Shown: piece by piece, positions 11,242 through 23,448 of the stretch
How positions within the stretch are numbered: position 1 is the first letter of the stretch
Layout of the letters: each line of letters opens with the position of its first letter
NCBI GenBank assembly: GCA_964019335.1
Contig: OZ025709.1
Coordinates: 124,001 to 188,000 of the forward strand
Length of the DNA stretch: 64,000 nucleotides
Direction of reading: 5' to 3'
Origin: Diplonema japonicum
Taxonomy: Eukaryota > Protista > Euglenozoa: Diplonemea
The notes under the pieces: generated by a model
Seen by the model: only the letters and a program-made list of their open reading frames with translations
Databases searched by the model: none
What the model was told of the DNA's origin: nothing
Program-made: the position numbers and the translations under genes

Positions 11242-14200
11242 TTAAATAGCAACATTATTACCATTCGTCATCTGTAAACATTTTTTTTTTTTTTTTTTTT
11301 GTTTAAATTCTTCCAAACCTGCTGTAACTGCTGCTCCAAAGCCGCATTCTGCGCGGAGATATCGTCCGCCCGAGTTTGCCGTACCTCAAGAAGTCTATGC
11401 AAGTCATGGGTATTCGCCTGCCCATAGGATAGTGGTGACGCGGCAAGCGGCGAGGCAGCAAGTGGACTAAGAGAACCCAAGACAGAAGGCAACTGCCCGC
11501 CCCCATAAAACAAAGGGTTCGGGCTTGGCACGAAGGCTAACGGGTCCACCTCTTCCTCTTCCTCCTCCTCTTCTTCATCTTCGTTATCACTAATCGGCCT
11601 CTCCGCTTTACTCTCTGGAACAGTATAATTCACGATAGATTGCTTCTTAACCCCATTGTATACAGCTTTTTCAAGTAAACCACCGAAACTGGAATGGCTT
11701 ACCAAAGGGGTCCCCTTGTCGGACCTGGTCAACCCCAAGGCAGCAGCGTCGATCTTGGTCGCCTTCAAGCCCTGCTGAGTGAAGGATTTAAATCCAGGCG
11801 CGTGGGATTTCCTCCTACGGTGCTGTGGAGAGATGAGGCCTTCATCAAGGACCTCGTTTTCTTCAAGACGTTTGTCAAGGTCCACCAGGTCTTTACGGGT
11901 AATAATCCCGAACACAGTGTAGTCGCTAGTGATGACACACAGGTGTCGCAGACCTAATGACTGAAACATGATGTAGACGAGGTCTAAGCGGAAGTCCTTA
12001 TGAACGATGAACGGGGAGGACGAATAGTAGTCTGACAAATCAACTTCTGTCTCCTCGTCCGCCGGCGTCAGCGTCTTCCTTAGCTCCAGCAGCTGTCTGA
12101 GGTGCTCGCCCCTCTTCGTCAGGGATGGTTCGTACGCTTCCCCAAGACCCCTCACCAGATCGATTTCCGTAATCGTGTCGAAAAACTTTTGGTACAAAAG
12201 CGTTTCTATCTGTATCCTCATCAGGATTCCCTTCAACCGCTCGTTCTCGTCCAATACCGGAAAACCATTGTGCGTTAGCACTAAAAGTTCCATGAGTTCC
12301 TTCACGGTGCAAGTCTCGTGAAGGGTTACCGCAGGGTTTGTGGCAATATCCGCTGCAGTATGAACCTGCAGATGAGGCGGCCGCGACCCCTCCGGTGTTA
12401 AAAACGGCATGTCACGCAAATGTATCAGAGAGTGGTACAACGAGTGGCAATGGTAGTCCGCCACCCATTTCGCCACCATGATCCCGCACATCATTGCCGG
12501 AAGCCAGTACAGTTCATTGGACAGCTCCACCATGATAACCGCCAGGGAAACTGTCAAACGAGAGACCCCTGCGAAAAAGGACGCGGCGCCTATTAACGCA
12601 AATATACCAGGGTCGATCCATGACATTGTCCCGAAGACTGCTGGTATTATCTCTTTAGCAAGCTCGCCAAGAAGTCTGCCTGTAACAGCTCCAATGACCA
12701 ATATTGGAACGACAAGACCCGACGCGTACGTGTTGCTGGCAGCGTACGCTGAGAACAGAAAGTACGTGATGAGGAATACGAACAAAACACCGCCCGGAAA
12801 CAGCGAACGCGTGCCTTTGCTGAACAAGTGTTTGATAACGGTCTCTCCGCTGTTCAAGGTAAGCGTTCCCAACGGTGAGAACTCACCCACTACTTCGCAG
12901 GGGAACGTCATGAAGCTCTTTCCATGGTCCGCTGTGTCCTCCAGCGACAACAACGCCTCAGAGCTGCTGGACGGAGTCTGCACTTTATCCGCGGGCATCT
13001 CATGGCAAGACGCGATCTTCGGCATGAAATACGTCACGGACCCGAACACGAACGCTAGCAGAAGCGGTTCCAACACTCTTAAGTGCCGTTTTGGTTTGAT
13101 CGTCTTCAGCCTCCATTTTGCGATAATTATGTTGAGCTTTGTAAAGTACACCGCTAGGAACCCGCACACCACTCCAACCAGCATGGCAGGGATGATGATA
13201 CCGATGTGAACCTCCACGTTCCGTAAGACGAGTTCAGGTTGGAACAAAACCTGCGCGGAGGGGGAGAGCTGCCCGAATGGGATGCCTGTTGGCTTCCACC
13301 CGTGGAACAGAGACATCAACACAGCAGAACAGAAGAACGCGATCATCGTCCCGAAAAAGATCAGCCACGTCAACGATGTGTCCCAATGTGTCGCCACCTC
13401 TTCCATTACGAAGAGGAGGCCTCCCAAAGGGGCTCCGAAGGCTGCTGAGACCCCTGCCGCGGCACCGCAAGCGATGAAATCTCTCCGTTCTCTCGTTGAT
13501 CGAAACTTTTTGTTGGCGCCTTCTGATATTAATCTCCGTCGGACGCCCCACGCACTGTCAGAGGACTGAGTCATCGCCGCTCCGACCATCGCGCCGAGAT
13601 GGATCATCGGGCCTTCAGGTCCTACAGGGAGACCGCTGGCAACCGCGCACAAACACGATAAAAACTTGCAAATTACAACCTTTCCCCCAAGACTCTTCGT
13701 CAACTGTACTCCGTTCAAATACGCCATGACCTCGGGCAATCCTGACCCTGACGCACGGGGTTCCAGAAGCACCACCAATGATGAGATCAACACCAATATA
13801 CAACTGCTCCCTGTCCAAAAAAACCAGCCTTTCGCGGTGTTCATTCCTGGAACGGCTTTTCTATACAACACCCGAACAGGCTCTGTCAGGGTGGGTGTTG
13901 GTCCCTCGGTGGAGTTGCAGGAGCAGGTTTTATTATCCGCCGTAGCACAAGACAACGCAACTGGACTGAAGCCAAGGATGCCCCCCGACCTTGAAAACGA
14001 GACCGTGTAGATAACACCCGCTCCTTTCTTGTAAAACTTCACGCCTGGCTGAAGGCAGTCCCGGTATGTTACTGGTTCCTCCGGGTTCGTAGTGAACCAA
14101 CCGAGATTGGTGAAGAAGGCTTCTGGATAAGCTGATTCTGGGTCGATCTTTGTTCCGATCTCGCCGAAGGGCCCGCCTGTTGCCACCCAGTTCCCGTCCA

Positions 14201-14648
14201 CCGTTATGGTCCGCTCCAAGAGGTATGGTTGAAAGGACAGGATCTCTGCTGCACGCGAGGCTGTTTTTTTCGCAGTGTCGGAAGATCCGTCTTGCGTCTC
14301 ATGAGGTACTTCGTCAACACCGTGCAGCACAATGTCACCTACCAGCTCCTCACGCTTGATGATGATGCCTTCGATGCTCTGTTTCATCGTGAAGCTAATG
14401 ATTGCCACTGCGAACCCTATGAACGCGAAGCACACCCACTTTGCCCTCAGGTGTTCGTCAGGTGTTTGGTTCTTCAGGGTCCCATCGTGGTACGTGTTCT
14501 TTGGGGGCCAGTAGTCCAACCCCTGGTAGTTTCTCAGGTCTGCCACCACCTCTGTGATCAGCTGCTCCTCTTCTTCATCGATTCCCAATGACGGGACCAG
14601 CGGGATGCTCCCTTCTCCTGTTGTGTGTGTCTCGTCTTCGCCTTTCAT
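11242..14648 (-). CDS. CLC-family chloride channel / Cl-/H+ antiporter (CLC-6/7-like) with CBS domains; exons 14648-11319, 11271-11242
   Basis: GSGLPE, GPEGPMIHLG, GAAAGVSAAFGAPLGGLLFVMEE, GLVVP and two CBS domains (HNGFPV; LRHLCV...GIITRKDL). A 47-nt GT-AG intron removes the poly-Lys end. Confidence 0.92.
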
Positions 14649-15139
14649 GTGAGCAGGGGGAGGTTGCCCCCCCCCCCCCCCCCCCTTCCCCCCTTTTTCT
14701 CCCCCCGCCTTTGTGTGTGTTGTGTCCCAACTTTTATTTTTTAACATTGCTTTTGTAAAGAAAAACAGAGGGGAGCCACCTCTCTTCTTGAGAAAGGGTG
14801 AGCCTCCAAGTCCCTACAGGGTACAGGGCATCACGATGTGAAGCCGACCAAGCCTTCCCCAACTTTTACTATTTGTCTGCGCAAAGTAGTTCAGGCGGGG
14901 AACCACGTTGCCTGTGTGTTGAGTGGGGGGGAGCAAAAAAAAACCAAGAAAAAAAAAAAAAAAAAAAAAAAAAAAAGCAATTACTAAACAGAGCGAAAAG
15001 GGGAAAAGATCGAAGTAGGAAAGGCGGGGGGAGGAAGGGGGGGAAAAAAAAACACTATTGAGAAAAGAAGAGAACAAAAAAAAAAAAAAAAAAAAAAAAA
15101 AAAGGAGGCAAGGTTTCTCGTTGTAACTCTCACTATCGA

Positions 15140-17888
15140 TCACTTAAACTTCCCTGCCTTGATATGGGCCCAGTCGCCGATCTTCCCCATGATGGAGTTG
15201 AGGGCTTCGTTTAAGATATCAAGGAAGTAATTTGTGGCTTCAGCGTCATTGAGGTCCAAGCGCATTTTGTCCTCAACAGACTGAATTTTGGAATAGGCGT
15301 TCTTCGTGGTGCGCACGTCGGAGGTGAGATCAGGGATGTTTGCGTCAACCATCATGGCCATGGAGTTGATGATGAGGGCCGCATGCTTTCGAATAATATT
15401 GAAGGAACCGCAGCACAGTTTTTTGAACTCATTGAAACGAGCGGACTCCGTCCCACCCATAGCGTCAACCATCTCCTTCCGAAGCTTCAAGGGAGGCGGG
15501 AAGGGTTTCGGGTCCCGTCCTAAAATGAAACCAAAGTCAATATGCACCATTCTCCCGTCATTTGTCACCAGCAGATTTTCCAAATGCCGGTCACCGATCC
15601 CCAGTACGAACGTTATGATTGCGTAGCCGGCATTGCTCTTCACCCACGTGTCCAGGCATTCTTTCGTTAGTTGGAAGTCCCCTTTTTCGTCGTAGTTATA
15701 TTTCCGGAGATGGCTTTGGATGTTGTTGCCATCAATGATATCCTGCAGTGGAACAACGTTCGGTACAATCTCCACCATCCCCTCTGAGACAGAGGTCGCC
15801 AGGCATTTGTAGGGCGTTAGCATGAGGTCTAAGCCGTCCTGTTTCAGGAGCTTGTCGATGAGCCCCACGATTTGCTGCACAAGCTGATCCTGCCTTATGT
15901 CATCACCAGCCTTGTACATCAACCTGCAGTTTGGATGCCCTGCTGGTCGAAGGAACGTCAAAGCTGGAGATTTTTTTTATAAAAGAATTATATAAAAAAA
16001 TTTTTTTTCAACATACCCATCGGCCTCTTTGCACTTTTGTAGAAATGCACATCGTCGTCCCTTATCCCCGTCAGATCGATATCAGGTAATATCGGTGGTG
16101 TGATCTGGTTTTTTTTTTTTAATATTTTTTTTTTATTCTTTTTTTTTTTTTTTTTTATACCTTTGCGGTTTCCGCGGTTTCCTCTTCAGGGTTCACGGAA
16201 TCCTCTTTCGGGTCTTCTTGTTGTTTGGTGTAGCCGAGGTTTGCCATGCTTGCTTTCAAGCTTTTCCCGATCCCCACCATGGAAGACAGCCCAGTTTTTG
16301 TTTCCTTAGCGGATGCGTCGAGGTGCCTGGACGCATTCTTCTTCCAAAAGAGTTGCGTGATACCGCCATGCCCGTCTTTGATTGTCTGCATCGCTGTGGA
16401 TTTCATCATTTTCTGCCGCACGGAGGCAGACTTCTCTTGAATGTTTGCAAGGACGGTCATGAACTCAGTTTGCTTGGCCAACCGCGCGTAAAAGAATGAA
16501 TTGGGCTCCGCTTTTATAACCTTCAACAACTGAGCCTCGACAGTTTTGAAGATGGCAGCGGTATCCGGAACAGGGTCCTCAGTTTCAACATGGAGGTACC
16601 AGTATAGGTAGCTGCATAGATCCCACGATGCTGACGCACGCTGGAGCAGCAAATCGAGTAAAGGACTCGACAGCGGGTCCGCCTCGTATCTGAACGCCTG
16701 CACAAGCTGCAGCAGGATCGATTTCAAAAAGTCGTTGTTCTCCTTGTCAAGCCTTTGAACTGCGTGGGAACGGACAGCCGAGATGCCCTTAAACGACGCC
16801 CCGAGGATCTCCAAACAATCCTCGACAATGAGCCCGCCCCACTTTGGTATCAGCCCCGTCGCGATGGCCTCTTCCTTCGGGTCCGTCCAGTCAACGCACC
16901 TCATAAACTTCGTGAACCCAATCTTGTTCTTCTGCAAAAAGTACCGAAACTGCCATAAGAGATGTGTGTCCTTCGGTGTGGGAGACATCAACGCTGAGTG
17001 TTTCAAAATGGACTGGATTTCTGTGTACTGCGCAGCGTTCGGTTTCAAATCGGGGTCCACCACAAGATGCTGCGACTTCATTATCCGTGCCGCCTCGACT
17101 TCGCACGGGTTGTCCGCAACATCAATCTCCGGGTCCCGCACGGTGACCAACCCCGACGAGGGTATCGCTGTGTACCCTTGCGGGATGGGCCCAGTGAGGG
17201 ACTGATGGTATATAGGAACCGGAAATATAGGGAACTCCATCACTAGAACAGGGGTGGACTCCTGGTGAATCATCGTTTTTTTCATGTTGTTGATCTCTTG
17301 GAAGGTGAGGCGGTCAAGCCACAGCACGTGCTTCATCTGCCGCAATGTGAACCTCAGCGTGGCCTTGTTCGTCCGTGCCATAAAGGAAGTGTCGGTGATC
17401 CTTCCTAACGTCTCAGAAGGCTCCGACCCGTCCGCTTGCACGGATTCGTGTAGTGCAAGACGGCGAGACCCACGTTTCAACTGCCCTACAGTGGAGAAGA
17501 CATATGTTGACGATCCTCCAACTGGGTGGCTGTAGGCGGATGACCATACTGTGCACAACAGCAGTGTGTCGAGAGGGAGGTCTCGGTAGGACATCGGGAA
17601 GACAACGACGTCATGCCATTTGAATGCGTTCGTGTGCCTGCACCTGCTCTTGCATTTTGCGCTGTACGCCCCGGGGCAGAGCAGCACACCGTTACTGCAG
17701 AGTTCCAACATCACGTAGATGTCCGTGCTTAGGTCCCCGTTCGCGTCCCCCAGCATGCACCCTTCAAGGTTGTCAACCTTCACTCTGAAAGGGATATCCA
17801 GGTCATGGCTGTATGCGAAGTCAGCCGCCCCCTCGTGTTGCGACGCGTTGCTCGTGGAGCTTGTGCTGATCAGGCCATCCGCGATCAT
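15140..17888 (-). CDS. VPS34: Class III phosphatidylinositol 3-kinase; exons 17888-16161, 16104-16017, 15963-15140
   Basis: C2, helical (PIK) and kinase domains: KSAKRP, YKAGDDIRQDQL, LGIGDRHLENLL, HIDFGFILGRDPKPFPPP. Confidence 0.93.
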
Positions 17889-18163
17889 TTGGTGTGTTTG
17901 TGTATGGGTCTTCTTTTTTTTTCTTTAAAGTTTCTCCTCCCCCCCCCCCTTCCCTCCACCCACCCCACTGTCTTTTTTTTTAATTTTTATTTTGTTTGTT
18001 GTGACGAGGTTTCAGAGAGGGCGAAGTTCAACCCAAAAAAAAAAAAAAAAAACCCCAAAAAAAATCGTTAAAACCGTGATCGGACGTTGCAAAAAAAAAA
18101 AAATATATATAATAATAAGAAAAACAAAAAACTCTATTAGTTTGTCTCCCCCCCCCCGTCTCC

Positions 18164-19786
18164 CTACTCATTCATAAACCCCTGCGTGTTGACCTCGATG
18201 TTGAAAAGGGCCCTGTCGATGAACAGACGCATGCCCGCTTCGTTCTCCTTCATGACACCAAGGAACAGCAAGAAATGCAGAATGATAAGAGGTGTGTGCG
18301 CGGCCGATGGTACAAAGGTGATGGGGATGAGGTACGACACGACAATGATGACCGAGAGGCACGCTGTGGACCAGAGGGAGTGGGTGTACATTCGAATAAG
18401 CTGCGAGGGCTTCGGCGTTGTAACAAGTGACGTCATCCCAACCAACCCCGCACAAACAATAATAGAAGCCATGAGAATGTCGACCGTTTTGAATTTGCGT
18501 TCTTCGTCAGCCTCGCTTAGACAGGGTCTTGAACTATCGACAGCAAGCCCAGTTAAAGTATCCTGTATTGCCACACAGACCCAGAATAAAATAAACACCC
18601 CTGGCAACCCCGCGCCTCTCCACGTGAATGAAAGTTGTGTCAACGACAGCACGGACAAGGTGAAGAACATCAACGAGAGCTCAACATTTCTCGGTTCCCA
18701 CCACCCGGAGGAGAATTTAAAAAGCCAGCAGAACGACATCATTGCGGAAGCGTTTGTGATGAAGTCGAGAGACAAAACCGACAACGCTGCGGGGAACCAC
18801 ACCAGCGTCAAGTACATCACAAGAATAACAACGAGCAGGGCGATGGTATTCGCGGACAACATGACCATTGAACACCCTAACATGAGGATCAACGGTTGTA
18901 ACAATAAAATTTTAAACCGGTTGGTGTAGATTACAACCATGTTCACGATGCTAAGCTCTTCTCGGTTCCAAGGAACGGTTTTCTCCTGCGGGTGGCCGTC
19001 TGTCACAGCCTCGGACTGATTCTGAAGGTTCACAATGACATGCACCACAATGGCCTTCGCGAACAGCAAAGCAGCAACGTGTCTAGATGCATTTAGGTAC
19101 GACCTATCTGTTGCTACAAAACCCCAGAACACAACCACCACCAACCGGCTTATCTGGAACGCGAGCATGAAATATCTGACACCGTAGTTGCCCGGGGCGT
19201 ACTGTTTTGTGTATAGCAGCACAACCGATCGATACAGCAGGGCAATCATCGAGCTGGGTACAATCTGCGCCAACCACCAGTTGGATATCAATGTAGCCCA
19301 CTTTATCGCTGGGGTTGCAAGGTTGTCGGTTGTACCCTTTGCGAGGTTCGGGATCATGTCCATCATAAGTTTCTTAGTAGCGAAGGACTGCAGGACGAAC
19401 AAAACCTCGAGCAAATCCATCGCTTGCAACACGTACCTTGCAAAGGCGTTCACCGTCAGCCTCTTAATAATCTGTTCTTCCTCTTTGCTGAACCTTCTCA
19501 GCACCACGAACACGCTTCCCAAGATCACCGTCCTCGCGATCATCAACATTTTATGCCGCAGCATCAGACCCTCGAACAGCTCCCTGTAGTCTGCTGAAAG
19601 GTACATGTCTATTGATAAAGCGTCGAAAATGGGATCTATAAAGACCTGCACGAAGCCCTTGTAAGGCGGGAAGGCTGCACTGACCTCCTCGTCATACCAC
19701 ATCAGCAACAACACCAAAGCTAGACAGGCGATCTGGTACCAGACGTGTAATTGTGCAACTCCATGAGAAAGGTGCTTACATTCCAT
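18164..19786 (-). CDS. Polytopic membrane protein, unknown function
   Basis: 540-aa ORF with more than 10 hydrophobic segments; no motif recognised. Confidence 0.7.
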   Translation of the reverse strand: MECKHLSHGVAQLHVWYQIACLALVLLLMWYDEEVSAAFPPYKGFVQVFIDPIFDALSIDMYLSADYRELFEGLMLRHKMLMIARTVILGSVFVVLRRFSKEEEQIIKRLTVNAFARYVLQAMDLLEVLFVLQSFATKKLMMDMIPNLAKGTTDNLATPAIKWATLISNWWLAQIVPSSMIALLYRSVVLLYTKQYAPGNYGVRYFMLAFQISRLVVVVFWGFVATDRSYLNASRHVAALLFAKAIVVHVIVNLQNQSEAVTDGHPQEKTVPWNREELSIVNMVVIYTNRFKILLLQPLILMLGCSMVMLSANTIALLVVILVMYLTLVWFPAALSVLSLDFITNASAMMSFCWLFKFSSGWWEPRNVELSLMFFTLSVLSLTQLSFTWRGAGLPGVFILFWVCVAIQDTLTGLAVDSSRPCLSEADEERKFKTVDILMASIIVCAGLVGMTSLVTTPKPSQLIRMYTHSLWSTACLSVIIVVSYLIPITFVPSAAHTPLIILHFLLFLGVMKENEAGMRLFIDRALFNIEVNTQGFMNE

Positions 19787-20083
19787 CTAATCCCCTCACC
19801 CTGGATAAAAAAAAGAAAGTTTTTTCGTGTCTCTTCAAAGGTCGGGGGGGGGGGGGGATATTAAGAAAACAAAAAAATATCTAATGACGGTGGTAAGGGG
19901 AAAAACGATGGGAGGGGGAAGAAGAGATAAAATGAGGGTTTCCTGTTTTTTGGAACGTTTCCCCCTTTGTCTCTACTAAATCGCTCTAATTTCTTTTTTT
20001 TTTAAAAAAAAAAAAGAGGGGGAGGGGGAAAGAAATTTTCAACTGGGATAAAAAAATCCCCCCCTCCTCTCCCCTTTCCATCT

Positions 20084-21166
20084 TTACAACCCACACACAA
20101 CGGACAGACAGTAACCCCCCAAGGAAAGAAGCTGGAGTTCTTCACTGCTGCCGTCTTGCAAGGGTTTCTCCAAGGCAGAGATTTTCAAGAGGATGTTCGC
20201 CTTCTGGATGTCGTTTAGCTTTGCTGTGTCCTCGGCTTCCACGACGTCTGTGAGCTGAGACAGCAGCTGAGCGGCCGAGTAGCCTCCCGATGTGAGCTCG
20301 TTCACCGCAGCCTGCATCACCGTGAAGGAATTGCTCCAGAACGAGGAGAAAAACTTCAAAACGGCCTCTTGGGGAACCCACCCGGCAAGCTCGTAAAAAT
20401 CACACTCTCGAAGGTCTTTGCCGTACGCTTTGAATGCTCCCTGTTTTTTTTTTTTTTTTTTCCCCCCAAAAAAAAAAACCTGTAAATACTGCACGGCCAG
20501 CCTGAGGTCCCCCTGCGAGACCTCGTCTAACTGTTGCATGTTTTTCTGTTCGATGTGCAGCCCCTCTGTTTTTGCGATGAACGCCACTCTGTCCGACATC
20601 GTCTCCCGCGTGATGGGCTGAAACCTGAACTTTGCGCATCTCGAGACGATGGGGTCGATGATTCTCGAGATATAATTGCAGATTAAACAGAAACGAGTAA
20701 CGGTGCAGTACTCCTCAATAACTCTTCGCAGCGCTGCTTGGGCGTCCGGGAGAAGCGCGTCAGCTTCGTCCAGAATAATAATCTTGTATGGGGGAACAGG
20801 GTAGTTTATTCCATTCTGAGTCTTTTCTGGGTTTGTGTTGACAGAAGACTGTGCAAACACCTTAACTCGTTCTCTTATCACTCTGATGCCTCTGTCGTCG
20901 CTCGCGTTCAGTTCCAGCACCCTGCTCTGCAAGTACTTGGGGCCGTACATTTGATTGCACATAGCAAGGATGGCGGATGTCTTCCCGCTGCCTGGTGGGC
21001 CGTAGAACAACATGTGGGGCAGGTTCGGTGTCTCGTCCTTCAAAACCTTTTTCATCACCGTCACCACTTCCTGTTGATGCTTCACATCGTCAACCTTCTT
21101 CGGCCTATATTTCTCGATCCATGGCAGCTCACCTTTTCGCTTCTGCACACTGTCCGAATCTTCCAT
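20084..21166 (-). CDS. RFC4: Replication factor C small subunit (human RFC4 / yeast Rfc2 type); 39-nt intron at 20479-20441
   Basis: PWIEKYRP, LPHMLFYGPPGSGKT, ELNASDDRGI, PPYKIIILDEAD and SRC motifs. Confidence 0.9.
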   Translation of the reverse strand: MEDSDSVQKRKGELPWIEKYRPKKVDDVKHQQEVVTVMKKVLKDETPNLPHMLFYGPPGSGKTSAILAMCNQMYGPKYLQSRVLELNASDDRGIRVIRERVKVFAQSSVNTNPEKTQNGINYPVPPYKIIILDEADALLPDAQAALRRVIEEYCTVTRFCLICNYISRIIDPIVSRCAKFRFQPITRETMSDRVAFIAKTEGLHIEQKNMQQLDEVSQGDLRLAVQYLQVFFFGGKKKKKKQGAFKAYGKDLRECDFYELAGWVPQEAVLKFFSSFWSNSFTVMQAAVNELTSGGYSAAQLLSQLTDVVEAEDTAKLNDIQKANILLKISALEKPLQDGSSEELQLLSLGGYCLSVVCGL

Positions 21167-21382
21167 ATTATATTTTGGTCCCACTCCCCCTCCCCTCTCT
21201 TTTTCTTTTTTTTCTTAGTTTGTTCAAATTGTTAAAAAAGGATATAAAACACCTGGGGGGGACAAAAAAGTGGGTGGGTGGGTGGGGGGGGGGGGGGTAC
21301 GGAGTTTTTTTTCCCGAGCGCTACACTTGATTGAAAAAAAAGAAGGGGGGGTCAAAAAAAAGAAATATAATTTTCTTCGACT

Positions 21383-21919
21383 CTAGAAGCGGAGCTTTTG
21401 GAAGAGCCACTTGTTCTTGCCCGCCTTGTAGCGGTCCTCGAACATGGTGCGCACTACTTTCTTGGAGGCTTCCTTCTTTGACTGCTCGGCGATGGACTAG
21501 GTTTTTTTTTTTTTTTTTTTCTTTTTTTTTAATTTGTGCCATACCACGCTCTTGACAGTGGAATCAAGGTCCATGTTGTACCTAGTGGGCATGACGTGGT
21601 TGTGGTTCACCACCTTAAGGAAGGGACGAACACGGCTCCGGAAGGCCCTCCTCTTCTTGCCCATGCTCTTGTTGATCTGTTTTCAGAAAGAAAAAAAAGA
21701 TTTTTTTTGGGAAAAAAGAGAAAAATCACCTTGAGAAAAAAAAAAAAAAAATCACCACCACACCTTAAGAGGGGTCTTGTCGATCCCTGCAACAAGCGCG
21801 TGCCCGTACGACCTCTGCTTGGTACCGGCATCGCTGTTCTGCACGATAACAGCCTTCCTACCAGCGAACCTACCGTGAAGGAGGAGCACCACCTTTCCAG
21901 TCTTCAGGAACTTGCCCAT
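21383..21919 (-). CDS. RPL27: 60S ribosomal protein eL27; exons 21919-21764, 21676-21545, 21496-21383
   Basis: Spliced product of 133 aa: [26 protein letters not shown]...[16 protein letters not shown]...[12 protein letters not shown]. Confidence 0.95.
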
Positions 21920-22158
21920 TTTTTTTTTTTTTTGTGTTTTGTTTAAACTCCTTCTGTAGTAATTGGAAGAAAAAGAATCAGCGAGGAAATGCAAGGAATT
22001 AGGGGGGAAAAAAAGGATATAAAAAACTTTTTTTTTTCCTATCACAAGGGCTAGGGGTTTTTTTTAGAGAAGAATAAAAGAAAAGAAGGGGGGGACACAA
22101 AAAAAAGCAACAAGGAAAGAAAGACAAAGAAATAAAAATTGCAGCGTTTGTTCTCTCT

Positions 22159-23376
22159 TTAGAACAGATCCTGGGAGTCCATGAAAAACTGTGCCACGAT
22201 GAAAAAGGTATCGTCGCAGAGCAGGTCCGCCTTCAGAACAGAGAACAGCAAAGCGACCAGAACGCTGTGTTTTTCTTTAGGGAAATATCTATGTGTGTTT
22301 CTGGTCCACTTCGCGGGACCAACCAACCTGTCCATAGACTGCTTGTACAGGTGCACAGCACGCATATCTGACGCAGCCACATAAACATTGGCCCCCGTCG
22401 ATATAAGCGAGTGTTTCTTAACACGAGGCGCATCGGGTGGGGAAGGGAGGGTTGCCCAGACCATAGTCCTTGCGTTGAGGACGTACATACAGTTCGAGGC
22501 ATTTGCATGTTCATCTTCACCGCCGTAGAAGTAAAGGCATTCGTTTCGTCTAAAGCATGGTTTGGCCGCAGCGGGGACCTGAAACGGTTTCGCAGGGGTG
22601 GAAAAACTCGGGAGCGGAGAGGGTGAGACATCAACCTCTGTCCAAGCCGACCCCCCCCACACGCCCTCAAGGGGACGCAGAATACAACACCAAACATCGT
22701 TGACCCTCACATCGTTGTTGTGCCTCTGCAGCATTCCCCCTACAATCACCGTTGTCCCGTCTGGTAAAATTGACAGAGAATGCTGTGCTCGACCTGGAGG
22801 CGGGTTTGCAGGTTGGATAACCTTGACCCAGTCCTTTACTGAAGCATCGAACACCTTAATATCATTGTAGTAAATGTACGGGCCGCCGCTACATGCCGCG
22901 CCTCCGTGAATGACCTTAACACCTTCTGAAGGTATGGTGTCGGCAGCGTGGCAGGATCGGTGTCGGGGGTCTTCTCTCCCACGGCTGACATGTGCCGTCC
23001 AGTGGTACGTGGTCAGGTCAAGGATGTAGGTATCGGAGTACTGGCATTGACTGTCCCACCCGCCGAAAACGATGACCTCGTTGCCCAGGCGGCTACAGGA
23101 TTGGCCTCTTCTTGAGCATGGTGGGGTGCCGGTGACGGGTTGTTTTGTGGCTTCGCCCGTGTCTACGTTCACAATCCAGTTTTCCCAGTCTGCCCTTGCC
23201 GCGCCGCCTATCAGCAAGATCTCGCTTTTCGAGATGGGGATCGCACCGTACCTATCCATCGCGATGCCGGAGCTCAGCCGCACCTCTTTGAACGGGAGCG
23301 TGCGGCCCTTCGGGGCCTGTGTTATTTTTTTCTTCGACGACCCCTTTTTTAGGAACGGAAAGGGCGCTTTCTTCAT
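22159..23376 (-). CDS. Kelch-repeat protein
   Basis: Repeated R..H/S....(I/V)xxGG...D....D....W units (VFGGWD, IHGGA, IVGGM, FYGGE). Confidence 0.8.
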   Translation of the reverse strand: MKKAPFPFLKKGSSKKKITQAPKGRTLPFKEVRLSSGIAMDRYGAIPISKSEILLIGGAARADWENWIVNVDTGEATKQPVTGTPPCSRRGQSCSRLGNEVIVFGGWDSQCQYSDTYILDLTTYHWTAHVSRGREDPRHRSCHAADTIPSEGVKVIHGGAACSGGPYIYYNDIKVFDASVKDWVKVIQPANPPPGRAQHSLSILPDGTTVIVGGMLQRHNNDVRVNDVWCCILRPLEGVWGGSAWTEVDVSPSPLPSFSTPAKPFQVPAAAKPCFRRNECLYFYGGEDEHANASNCMYVLNARTMVWATLPSPPDAPRVKKHSLISTGANVYVAASDMRAVHLYKQSMDRLVGPAKWTRNTHRYFPKEKHSVLVALLFSVLKADLLCDDTFFIVAQFFMDSQDLF

Positions 23377-23448
23377 TTTTTTCTTTTTTTTTTTAAATTG
23401 AGGGAACGGGGGGGGGGACCTGCCCAAACGTGTTTTTTTTTTTTTTAA

